Below, in pieces: positions 10,131-18,555 of a stretch of DNA of 64,000 nt; positions within the stretch are counted from its first letter, which is position 1; every line of letters begins with the position of its first letter. Source of the stretch: Verrucomicrobiaceae bacterium. GTDB taxonomy: Bacteria; Verrucomicrobiota; Verrucomicrobiia; Verrucomicrobiales; Verrucomicrobiaceae. A model generated the notes under the pieces. That model searched no databases, was not told where the DNA came from, and saw nothing but the letters and a program-made list of their open reading frames with translations. The position numbers and the translations under genes were made by a program. Where the stretch lies: the NCBI GenBank assembly GCA_027490195.1, contig JAIXYN010000006.1, positions 6,930 to 70,929 on the forward strand, written 5' to 3'.

Positions 10131-10229
10131 TCTGCACCGTTCGCCACGTCGCAACATTCTGCGACAAATGGTTCAAAATCAACGATGCGAGCCAAATCCG
10201 CATGCGACTGGCACCTAACGCGAAGAAAG

Positions 10230-10318
10230 GATTAACGTCGGAACTCACCGACACGCCGCCTTGGACTCACCCAACCTCACAAGACGACGACGTGTTCGGT
10301 GCAGTGTCATAGTTCAGC
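10230..10318 (-). mobile_element. attC-like integron cassette recombination site
   Basis: Minus strand: GCTGAAC (R'')-tatgac-ACTGCACC (L'')-central stem-GGTGAGT (L')-tccgac-GTTAATC (R'). L'' has one extra base at position 4 relative to L', and there is a second unpaired A. Confidence 0.65.
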
Positions 10319-10397
10319 TTAGAGTTGCCCCCGATGTGGCTGGGTCTGTGGGGGATGCTGAACTCATGGTGTCCGGTGTCTCGTTGTAGCTGGTAGC

Positions 10398-10625
10398 TCA
10401 AAATAGGGAGCCGCCCTTTACTCCCGTGATAATGAAGATAACGCCCGCAACGATGGGCATAACTGAATATGCTACTACATGAATAATCGGTCCGGCCATG
10501 GCTCCAAAACGTTGCTTCATCGGCTCCAACTTGTTCAGCTTATGTGGATTGGTGAATCGAAGAAGCGTCATGTATAAACCTCCGCAAAGGATGAAGGTTC
10601 CTATTCCAATGGTGATCCAGTTCAT
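10398..10625 (-). CDS. Small two-TM membrane protein (75 aa), AT-richer than the host
   Basis: Two hydrophobic segments; directly upstream of the attC-like region and in the same orientation. Confidence 0.7.
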   Translation of the reverse strand: MNWITIGIGTFILCGGLYMTLLRFTNPHKLNKLEPMKQRFGAMAGPIIHVVAYSVMPIVAGVIFIITGVKGGSLF

Positions 10626-10738
10626 GGGTTTGAGAATGTATGTGTTTGGGTTGTCTCAGGACAGGTTATACATGTCCTCACGAACAGACGTCCGTACAGT
10701 GGTAAGGTGAATGTATCAGCCCAGAATGGAGTCTGGTC

Positions 10739-10796
10739 GCGGGGTGTCAAAAGGAAGCTTTTCGCCGTCCGCCCCCTATTCCTTTTAACACCCCGC
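10739..10796. repeat. 18-bp inverted repeat (one mismatch) with a 22-nt loop
   Basis: GCGGGGTGTCAAAAGGAA (10739-10756) and TTCCTTTTAACACCCCGC (10779-10796). Confidence 0.75.
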
Positions 10797-10864
10797 TCCT
10801 ACTCCTCCAAGCGGTTTAGAAGAGGTTTGAGCACCTCGGCATTGCTGATCAAGACTTAGAGTTG

Positions 10865-11272
10865 CTACAGCTTTTGAAGAAAATCGCCGGGGTTGATCGG
10901 GGGCACTGGCCCTTTCAAAAAGCCGGCTTCATCTCGGGTCACCAGCCAGTCCACGCCGCTGGCCGCTGCCGCAGCGGCAATCAAGGCATCTTCGTAATCC
11001 GTGATGCCATAGCCAAGAGCTTCCAGGGCCTCGTCCTGCCCCACTGTGGCCACAGTAGCCCAGGTGAGGAGGTCACGAATCATCTCCAAAGCATAAACCT
11101 CACCGCGCTTCCTGGCAGTGATGTAGAAAACCGTCGCAATCCCGTGCCAGGCCACAAAAATCTCAAACCCACGTTGATCGCATTCATCCAGAACTGCCTG
11201 GCTCGCAGTGTAAAACGGCAGCCTCTGCTCGACAATGTCCAGAAGGATATTGGTATCGAGAAAAACGCGCAT
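10865..11272 (-). CDS. PIN-domain (VapC-like) toxin
   Basis: MRVFLDTNILLD...DYEDALIAAAA...WLVTRD acidic PIN motifs. Confidence 0.9.
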   Translation of the reverse strand: MRVFLDTNILLDIVEQRLPFYTASQAVLDECDQRGFEIFVAWHGIATVFYITARKRGEVYALEMIRDLLTWATVATVGQDEALEALGYGITDYEDALIAAAAAASGVDWLVTRDEAGFLKGPVPPINPGDFLQKL

Positions 11273-11283
11273 TCGATCTCAGG

Positions 11284-11541
11284 TTAGACGCCGTACTTTT
11301 CCTGAAAATGTGCCATGCGCACCTCTTCCGTGGTCTGTGAATCCTGGCCTTTTGCCGCACCCGCGTACTTGCGTGCCCAAGCCCCTGCCCCACCCTTGTT
11401 CGTCTTCGGGGGCTGCGCTGCAGCTTTCACAATCTGAATCAGAAAGGTGGAACCCATTTCAGCCACGATACGCAGACTGTCGCCTTGATGTAAATCAAGG
11501 CTACGCACCTGTTCGGCAGGAATCTGTTTGGTGATGGTCAT
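11284..11541 (-). CDS. Putative antitoxin (AbrB/MazE-like)
   Basis: Small gene 11 nt upstream of the PIN gene; LDLHQGDSL resembles the swapped-hairpin motif. Start could be 11565. Confidence 0.65.
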   Translation of the reverse strand: MTITKQIPAEQVRSLDLHQGDSLRIVAEMGSTFLIQIVKAAAQPPKTNKGGAGAWARKYAGAAKGQDSQTTEEVRMAHFQEKYGV

Positions 11542-11913
11542 GACAAGGATTTCCTGCTTGAGCATACCTCAGACAAGCCGGATTCCAAACCCAATTCCAG
11601 AGCTTGACGCCCACAGCCTCCAGCGTGGAGCCATAAGCCACCGACCAGGATCGAAATTACGAGGCGAGCAAATAGGTGCTGGAAGGAAGGGCGGGGATCA
11701 TCTTGATCACCGTTTAGAAGCTGTGGGTGTGGCGGATCGCAGAGGCAGCAGGGTGATCCCTCTCCTGGCAGAAGCGCACTTTCACCAGGCTCTGGGTGCC
11801 AGTCCCCACCCTTGGCAGCGAGTCACTTAGCAGCAGTTTTCGTGCCTAGATTGCATTAAAGGTTGTCACATTCGGCAACATGACTAGCATCGCGCTGGCT
11901 CCAACCAAGCCAT

Positions 11914-11934
11914 CAACCAACCAACCAACCAACC
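11914..11934 (+). repeat. (CAAC)5 simple tandem repeat abutting the amtB start codon
   Basis: CAACCAACCAACCAACCAACC immediately followed by ATG at 11935. Confidence 0.85.
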
Positions 11935-13269
11935 ATGACCCTTCCCATGCTGAAAAGCACCGGGAGCGGGGCCTTGCGGAGCTATTCCGTGATGGCCGCG
12001 CTCGTATTTGCCACCACCTCCGCCCATGCTGCGGACGGCACCGCCCCCTCCATCAACAGCGGTGACACCGCCTGGCTGCTGATCTCGACAGCGCTGGTGC
12101 TCTTCATGATGATCCCCGGACTGGCCCTGTTCTACGCAGGTCTGGTGCGGTCCAAGAACATCCTTTCCATCCTGATGCAGTGCTTTGCGCTGACCGCTAT
12201 CATGAGCCTGGTATGGCTGGCTTGCGGGTATTCGCTGAGCTTTTCTGACGGCAGCTCGATCATCGGCGGCTTTGACAAGGTGTTCCTCCAGGGCGTGACG
12301 CCAGACACCGTGCGGAGTGACTGCCCCACGATTCCAGAACTGCTGCACTTCGCCTACCAGATGATGTTTTTCCTGATCACGCCAGGCTTGTTCATTGGCG
12401 CGTTTGCCGAGCGCATGAAGTTCAAGGCCATCCTGGTTTTCAGCATCGTCTGGAGCTTGGCAGTTTACGTGCCTTGCTGCTACGGTGTGTGGCACAAAGC
12501 AGGCGCTTTCTTTGGCCTGACCGGCGTGATCGACCTCGCAGGCGGCATCGTGGTGCACATCACCGCCGGCGTAGCCGCTCTGGTGGCCTGCGTGATGGTA
12601 GGTCCGCGCAATGGTTTCCCCGGTGCGCAGCTCATGCCCCATAATCTGCCCTTGACCATCGTCGGCGCAGGCATGCTGTGGGTGGGCTGGTTCGGCTTCA
12701 ATGCGGGTAGCCAGCTCGCCGCCAATGGCGCTGCGGCCATGACCCTGGTCGTCACCCATCTCTCGGCCTGCGCCGCCTCCGTGGTGTGGATGCTCATCGA
12801 GTGGGTTCGCAACGGCAAGCCGAGTGCCCTGGGCATTGCCACTGGCTCAATTGCCGGGCTGGCCGCGATCACCCCTGCCTCCGGCAAAGTGGGGCCCATA
12901 GGAGCCATCTGCATCGGGGCCATCTCCGCCTGGGTCTGCTGGCTGGCCTGCTCCAAGCTAAAGCATAAGTTTCGCTACGACGACTCCCTGGACGTCTTCG
13001 GCGTGCATGGCGTGGGCGGTTTCATCGGCACCATGCTCGTCGCGGTCTTCGGTTCCAAGGCCTTCGCTGGTGGCTTGGGCGATTTCAGCATCGGCAAGCA
13101 ACTGGTGACTCAGGGTCTGGCCTCGCTTTATACGATTCTGCTTTCTGGCATCGGCAGTTTCGTGATCCTCAAGGTCATCGATCTCACCATGGGACTTCGT
13201 GTCACCCATGAGGAAGAAAACCAGGGGCTCGATCTCGCCGAACATGGCGAGGCAGCCTACAACGATTAA
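11935..13269 (+). CDS. amtB: Ammonium transporter
   Basis: GDTAW, PGLALFYAG, DLAGG.VVH, WFGFNAGS, DDSLDVFGVHG, GLDLAEHGE. Confidence 0.97.
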   Translation: MTLPMLKSTGSGALRSYSVMAALVFATTSAHAADGTAPSINSGDTAWLLISTALVLFMMIPGLALFYAGLVRSKNILSILMQCFALTAIMSLVWLACGYSLSFSDGSSIIGGFDKVFLQGVTPDTVRSDCPTIPELLHFAYQMMFFLITPGLFIGAFAERMKFKAILVFSIVWSLAVYVPCCYGVWHKAGAFFGLTGVIDLAGGIVVHITAGVAALVACVMVGPRNGFPGAQLMPHNLPLTIVGAGMLWVGWFGFNAGSQLAANGAAAMTLVVTHLSACAASVVWMLIEWVRNGKPSALGIATGSIAGLAAITPASGKVGPIGAICIGAISAWVCWLACSKLKHKFRYDDSLDVFGVHGVGGFIGTMLVAVFGSKAFAGGLGDFSIGKQLVTQGLASLYTILLSGIGSFVILKVIDLTMGLRVTHEEENQGLDLAEHGEAAYND

Positions 13270-13293
13270 AACTGCCCCCATAGCAGGCCCAGA

Positions 13294-13340
13294 GGGGCCC
13301 TTCGAGCGCAGAGCGCGACGGAGGGCCCCGCATCATTTTT
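13294..13340 (+). terminator. Hairpin downstream of amtB (possible terminator)
   Basis: GGGGCCCTTCG...CGGAGGGCCCC stem followed by gcatcattttt. Confidence 0.45.
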
Positions 13341-13434
13341 GCGAATGCCTCATTGCGAATTGTCATTCAGGCGCGCATAGGCTTAAATTTACCTTGTTAA
13401 TAATAACCCAGCCACTCCCCCTTTCCCCCCAGTC

Positions 13435-14400
13435 ATGATCGATGTTCAGGAACTCACCAAGCAGTATGCCGGACGCACTGCGGTGAACAACATCTCCTTC
13501 CAGGTGGAACCGGGGGAAATCGTGGGCTTCCTTGGCCCGAATGGGGCGGGTAAATCCACCACGATGCGCATCCTCAGCGGCTACATGCCGGCCACTTCAG
13601 GACGGGCCATCGTGGCAGGTTTTGATGTCTTCCATCAGTCGATCCAGGTGCGGCAGTCTGTGGGCTACATGCCGGAAAATGCCCCGCTCTACACCGACAT
13701 GAGGGTCAAGGAGTACCTGCGTTTCCGGGCGGAGTTGAAAGGACTCTCAGGCATGACCATGCGCCGTCGCATCGGCGAGGTGATGGAACTCACCGGCGTC
13801 ACCGAGATGCGGAAGCGCCTCATTGGCAATCTTTCTAAAGGCTACCGCCAGCGTGTGGCACTGGCAGATGCCCTGGTGCACAAGCCCAAGCTCCTCATCC
13901 TCGACGAGCCGACCAACGGCCTCGACCCCGTGCAGATCCGCCATGTGCGCGATCTGCTGCGCAATCTGAAGTCCAAGCACACCGTGCTGCTCTCCACTCA
14001 CATCCTGAATGAAGTCGAGCAGACCTGCGACCGTGTGGTCATGATCCATCAGGGACGCATCCGCGCCAATGACACCCCCGCGAATCTCACGCGTCAGCTG
14101 CGGTCCACCACGCTGCTGCATTTGGAAATTGATGGTGTGGGCAGTCTGGTGGAAAAACTCTCCGCCATCACCGCCGTGCGCAAAGCCACGGAGGAAGGAC
14201 TAATCGTCCACCCTTGGCGGCGCTTCACCCTGCGGGTCGAACCAGATAACGATGTGCGTGAAGAAGTGATGGAACTCGCCTTGAAGCAAAAATGGCGCAT
14301 CCGTGAGATGCACCGCCAGCTCCCCACTCTGGAGGATGTCTTCGTCGAACTCTCCATGAACGCCGGCACACCCACCGACATTCCCACTCACGTCCTATGA
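13435..14400 (+). CDS. ABC transporter ATP-binding protein (GldA-like)
   Basis: Walker A GPNGAGKST, LSKGYRQR, LILDEPT. Confidence 0.93.
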   Translation: MIDVQELTKQYAGRTAVNNISFQVEPGEIVGFLGPNGAGKSTTMRILSGYMPATSGRAIVAGFDVFHQSIQVRQSVGYMPENAPLYTDMRVKEYLRFRAELKGLSGMTMRRRIGEVMELTGVTEMRKRLIGNLSKGYRQRVALADALVHKPKLLILDEPTNGLDPVQIRHVRDLLRNLKSKHTVLLSTHILNEVEQTCDRVVMIHQGRIRANDTPANLTRQLRSTTLLHLEIDGVGSLVEKLSAITAVRKATEEGLIVHPWRRFTLRVEPDNDVREEVMELALKQKWRIREMHRQLPTLEDVFVELSMNAGTPTDIPTHVL

Positions 14401-15155
14401 GGATATTCTGGATACTGCTCAAGAAAGAACTTCACTCCTTTTTTGTCTCCCCCGTGGCCTACGTGGTGCTGGCCTTGGTCATGATTCTCAATGGCTTCGC
14501 CTTTCGTGCGGCCCTATCCGTGCTGGAAAGCGCACCCAGCGAAGGTTCCATCGTGAGCTGGACCTTCCACGCCATGTGGTTTTGGCTGTCTTACTTCTTC
14601 GTCTTCCCGCTGCTGACCATGCGTCTCTTCGCCGAAGAGAAAAAGATGGGCACCCTGGAGACCCTCTTCACCGCCCCGGTGCGTGCCTGGCAGGTGGTCG
14701 GCTCCAAGTATCTCGCCGCTGTCATCGTCTACTGCGTTCTCTGGCTTCCCAGCCTGTTCAATTTCAAGTTTGCCAACTGGATCTCCGCCGGCCAGGTGGA
14801 ACTTCCTGAGGGAGCCATGGCAGGCGCGTATCTCATCCTGGTGGTGATGGGCATGTTCAATCTTGCCATCGGCTGTTTTGCCTCGTCTCTGACGTCAAAT
14901 CAGATCGTCGCCGCCATCATCTCCTTCACCCTGAGCCTGATGCATTTCCTGCTGGGCATTTTCATCATGGTCGTGGGCCGCAAGATTTCCGACACCATCG
15001 TGGACGTCGTCAATTACTTCGCCGCCACCGAGCACATCCGCATCTTCACCGCTGGTCTCATCGACAGCCGGCCCATCATCTATTACCTCAGCATGTCGCT
15101 GCTTTTCCTCTCCTTCACCCACCACGTGGTCGAGTTCCGCCGCTGGCGCCCGTGA
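14397..15155 (+). CDS. ABC-2 permease (GldF-like)
   Basis: KKELHSFFVSPVAY, PLLTMRLFAEEKKMGTLETLFTAPV; about 6 TM; overlaps the ATPase stop. Confidence 0.88.
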   Translation: MRIFWILLKKELHSFFVSPVAYVVLALVMILNGFAFRAALSVLESAPSEGSIVSWTFHAMWFWLSYFFVFPLLTMRLFAEEKKMGTLETLFTAPVRAWQVVGSKYLAAVIVYCVLWLPSLFNFKFANWISAGQVELPEGAMAGAYLILVVMGMFNLAIGCFASSLTSNQIVAAIISFTLSLMHFLLGIFIMVVGRKISDTIVDVVNYFAATEHIRIFTAGLIDSRPIIYYLSMSLLFLSFTHHVVEFRRWRP

Positions 15156-15173
15156 GCCGATTGATCCAACACC

Positions 15174-16670
15174 ATGCCGGATTCCGAACAGAACAACCCG
15201 CCAGCCAGCGCTGAAACCAGGCCCATGCCGAAGCGTTACGGCATCGGCATGAACGTCGCCCTGCAACTCCTTCTGGCGTTCGCGCTGTTTGTCGGAGTCA
15301 ACCGCCTCAACTACTACCATTACTGGCGCTGGGACCTCAGTGCCAGCCAGGACTACACGCTCAGCCCGGCCACTCTGAAATACCTCGACAGCCTGTCGCG
15401 TGATGTGCAGATCTACATCGTCTTTGCTCGTGACTCCAAAGTGTATGGCGAAGTGCAGTCTCTCCTAGAGGAGTACAACATGTACGGCAGGCAGCGCATC
15501 AAGGTGCGCTCCATCGACCCCGTGCATGACATCGAGCGAGCCGAGCAACTCAAGGCGGACACCGGCCTCTCCCTCGCGCAAAACGGGGTGCTGATTCGGT
15601 GCGGTGTGAACAGGCGTTTCATCACCGAGGAGGAGCTTGTTGTCAGGGAGAAGGGCACCAGCACCAACAAACAGATCATCGAATTTCGCGGTGAAGATGC
15701 CATCTCATCCGCACTCATCTCCGTTGTGGAAGGCCGTGTGCGGCGTTTTTATTATGTCGTCGGCAAAGGCAGTCGCTCGGGCTTGGGCGAGAGTGATTCC
15801 TACAACGCCATCATTGATCTCGGCAGGCAGCAGAACTTCGAAGTCATTCAGGTGAATCTCTCCGAAGTCAGTCACATTCCCACGGACGCCGACGGCCTGC
15901 TCATTCTAGGCCCACGCTACGACCTTACCGAACGTGAGGTCGTCATGCTCAGCAACTACTGGCAGTCCAAGCGGGCAGGCATTTTCATCATGCTTGATCC
16001 CGGCGGTGAAACCGCGCGGCTCAACGCCTTTCTAACGGCCAACGGCCTGCATCCCCGTGGCGACCGCGTCTTGATGGCGGAAAGCACCAGCACCGGCCCC
16101 AAGAAGGAATTCACCGTGCTGGGCGAATTCACCAAGGAAGTACCATTCATCCGCCATCTGACCTCCTCAGCCATCACTCTGGCCGGGCAGACGGAATCCC
16201 TGGAGATTCTCGCGGAGAACACCTCCCTCAAGGAACAGTCCATCATCGTCAAACCACTGATCCTTGCCGCACCACGCTATTGGGGTGAGCGGCAATTTTT
16301 GGAGGAACTACCCATCGTCGATGAGGAGGACACTCTGCCGCCCATTTACGTGGCCGCCAGCATCGAGCGCGGAGCCTTGGGGGACGAAACTAAGCGCGCG
16401 GACAGCTCCCGCATGGTGGTGGTTTCCAACTCCACCCTGCTCGACAAGCAGACCATGCTCGCCGTGAGCCGTGATTTTGCGTCCGCCGGCCTGAACTGGC
16501 TGATGAACCGCGAAAGTTTCATCGGCATCCCCGCCAAGTCCAAACACTCCTACCGCATTCAGCTCACCAACAAACAGCATGAGCTGATCTTCTGGATCAC
16601 CTCCATCACCTTGCCGGGCGCCGTGCTCGGCTTCGGCTTCATGGTCTGGGCCAGCCGGCGGGCCGCATGA
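15174..16670 (+). CDS. ABC-associated auxiliary protein (GldG-like)
   Basis: N-terminal TM, RWDLS..QDYTLS, GEDAISSALI, C-terminal TM. Confidence 0.8.
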   Translation: MPDSEQNNPPASAETRPMPKRYGIGMNVALQLLLAFALFVGVNRLNYYHYWRWDLSASQDYTLSPATLKYLDSLSRDVQIYIVFARDSKVYGEVQSLLEEYNMYGRQRIKVRSIDPVHDIERAEQLKADTGLSLAQNGVLIRCGVNRRFITEEELVVREKGTSTNKQIIEFRGEDAISSALISVVEGRVRRFYYVVGKGSRSGLGESDSYNAIIDLGRQQNFEVIQVNLSEVSHIPTDADGLLILGPRYDLTEREVVMLSNYWQSKRAGIFIMLDPGGETARLNAFLTANGLHPRGDRVLMAESTSTGPKKEFTVLGEFTKEVPFIRHLTSSAITLAGQTESLEILAENTSLKEQSIIVKPLILAAPRYWGERQFLEELPIVDEEDTLPPIYVAASIERGALGDETKRADSSRMVVVSNSTLLDKQTMLAVSRDFASAGLNWLMNRESFIGIPAKSKHSYRIQLTNKQHELIFWITSITLPGAVLGFGFMVWASRRAA

Positions 16671-16686
16671 GCACCGACTTTGACGC

Positions 16687-18522
16687 ATGAGCGCACGCAC
16701 CACTCTTCTAATGTTCCTGCTCGTGGCCTCCATGGGCGCGATCATCCTCGGCATCGAGCGTTACTTCCCTTCCGCCATCGACAAGCGTGAAGTCAGACGC
16801 GGCCCCACCCGTTTCGAAAGAGAGAAAGTCACCCGCGTCGAAATCCTCACCGCTGAAAACGTGCCGCTCACCCTCGTGCGTGACGGCACCGCCTGGCGGA
16901 TCGAGGCTCCATATCAGGATCTGGCCGACCCGCAGAAAGTCGCCGCGCTCATTATCAGCCTCCATGGCGTCGAATGGATCCATCGCGTCCACCAGGAGGA
17001 GTTTGATGCCGCAGAGTGGCAAAAAACCGGACTGGACAAACCACGCTTCAAGGTGCGCCTCCTCGCCGGAGAGGCTCCGGTCTATGAATGCTGGTTCGGC
17101 TCACCTGGAGCCGTCGAAAATAGCCTTTACATAGGCATTCCAGACGCTGGCACCCATGAGACTGCCTGGTACCTTGCCAAAAGTGAAGCACCGATGGTCC
17201 TGCAGGTTCCCGCCGCCTCCTGGCGCGACCCCAAACTGCTACGCCTGCCAGCGGAGGTGATCACCAGCATCACCTTGAATCAGCCCTCCGGGCAGATCGT
17301 CCTCAGCCGTGAAAACGAGCATGCGCCCTGGCTTCTCGTTAAACCACTCAAAACTCGCGGCAGCAAAGAGCGCATCACCGAACTGCTCTCCGCCATTCTC
17401 AACATCGAAATCACCGAGGCCAAGGATGTCGCCGCCACAACCAAGGAAGACCCGCAGACCGCCCGAGCCGATGAGATCAAAGTCACTGTCGAGTCCAAAG
17501 CGCGCAACAAATCCTACGAGTTCACTGTCAAAAAACCCGCCGATGACAAGCAGGCAGTCACCACCGCCACCACCGCGTATCGCAAACCAGCCTTCACCGT
17601 CGTAGCTAAAAACCTCCTCTCCCTCTGGGTCAGTCCCAATGCCCTGCGAGACCACCTGTTGGCACAGATCGATGGCGAGAAGCTCGACTTCATCACCATC
17701 ACCAGCAAAACCCACCCTGAGATCAATCTGCGCAACGAAGGCGGCTCCTGGTACCTGCAACGCCATGGCAAATGGGACCCCGCCAACGGCGAACGCGTGG
17801 GGCGCTGCCTCGACGCACTCAACAGCTATGAAATCCTCCAGTTCGCCGCAGATTCCGCCGCAGACCTGACGCCCTTTGGCTTGGACGATCCCTTCCAGAC
17901 AGTCACCTGGACACCGCAGCGCGAAAAGCCGGTGAAGCTCATGTTCGGCCACAATCCGGAAAGCACCCAGTTCTTTGCCAAATACGACAGCGAGCCCTTC
18001 GTTTACCGCATTGATGCATCCTTGCTGCCTTCCCTGCCCACCGACGGCATCAAATGGAAAGGCCTCGGAGCCCTGCGTTTCACCACCTTCGCCCTGCGCC
18101 GCATCACCATGGCGCTAGGTGCTTATGCACCCGTGGTGCTCGACTACAACCCCGTCACTGCCGAATGGAAAGCCTCACGCGGCGGCCATGACATCACAGC
18201 CGAACTCGACCGCGTCAAAGCCGACCAGCTCGCAGCCAGCCTCTCACGCTTAACCGTGCAGGACTGGGCCGCAGACCGCAGCGACGCACTGCAGGCCTTG
18301 AAAACTCCGTCGCTCACCATTCAGGTCGTGCTCGGTGAGCCCGGCCGCCTCGACGGCCCCGTGCGTGAGATCGAAATCCTCTTCTCGCCAACCCAGCCAA
18401 ACGCCACCACCGCCTTCTACTTCGGCCAGATTAAAGACGACCCCGATGTTTTCTACATGACCAACAATGCGCTGCTGCAGATTGCTGGAATCAATATCTT
18501 CAAGCCGAAACAGGCGAAGTAA
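16687..18522 (+). CDS. DUF4340-like periplasmic protein
   Basis: N-terminal anchor and three repeated units (W.I..P...AD; .GLD.P...V); the usual fourth gene of Gld-like ABC loci. Confidence 0.75.
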   Translation: MSARTTLLMFLLVASMGAIILGIERYFPSAIDKREVRRGPTRFEREKVTRVEILTAENVPLTLVRDGTAWRIEAPYQDLADPQKVAALIISLHGVEWIHRVHQEEFDAAEWQKTGLDKPRFKVRLLAGEAPVYECWFGSPGAVENSLYIGIPDAGTHETAWYLAKSEAPMVLQVPAASWRDPKLLRLPAEVITSITLNQPSGQIVLSRENEHAPWLLVKPLKTRGSKERITELLSAILNIEITEAKDVAATTKEDPQTARADEIKVTVESKARNKSYEFTVKKPADDKQAVTTATTAYRKPAFTVVAKNLLSLWVSPNALRDHLLAQIDGEKLDFITITSKTHPEINLRNEGGSWYLQRHGKWDPANGERVGRCLDALNSYEILQFAADSAADLTPFGLDDPFQTVTWTPQREKPVKLMFGHNPESTQFFAKYDSEPFVYRIDASLLPSLPTDGIKWKGLGALRFTTFALRRITMALGAYAPVVLDYNPVTAEWKASRGGHDITAELDRVKADQLAASLSRLTVQDWAADRSDALQALKTPSLTIQVVLGEPGRLDGPVREIEILFSPTQPNATTAFYFGQIKDDPDVFYMTNNALLQIAGINIFKPKQAK

Positions 18523-18555
18523 GTCCTGATCAGACACCGCGCTTGCAAACGTGGC

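Noticed and set aside
10080-10135. A complete tRNA gene
   Set aside because: Only the T-loop, 3' acceptor strand and CCA are present; upstream is the sulfatase coding end. Reported as a remnant instead.
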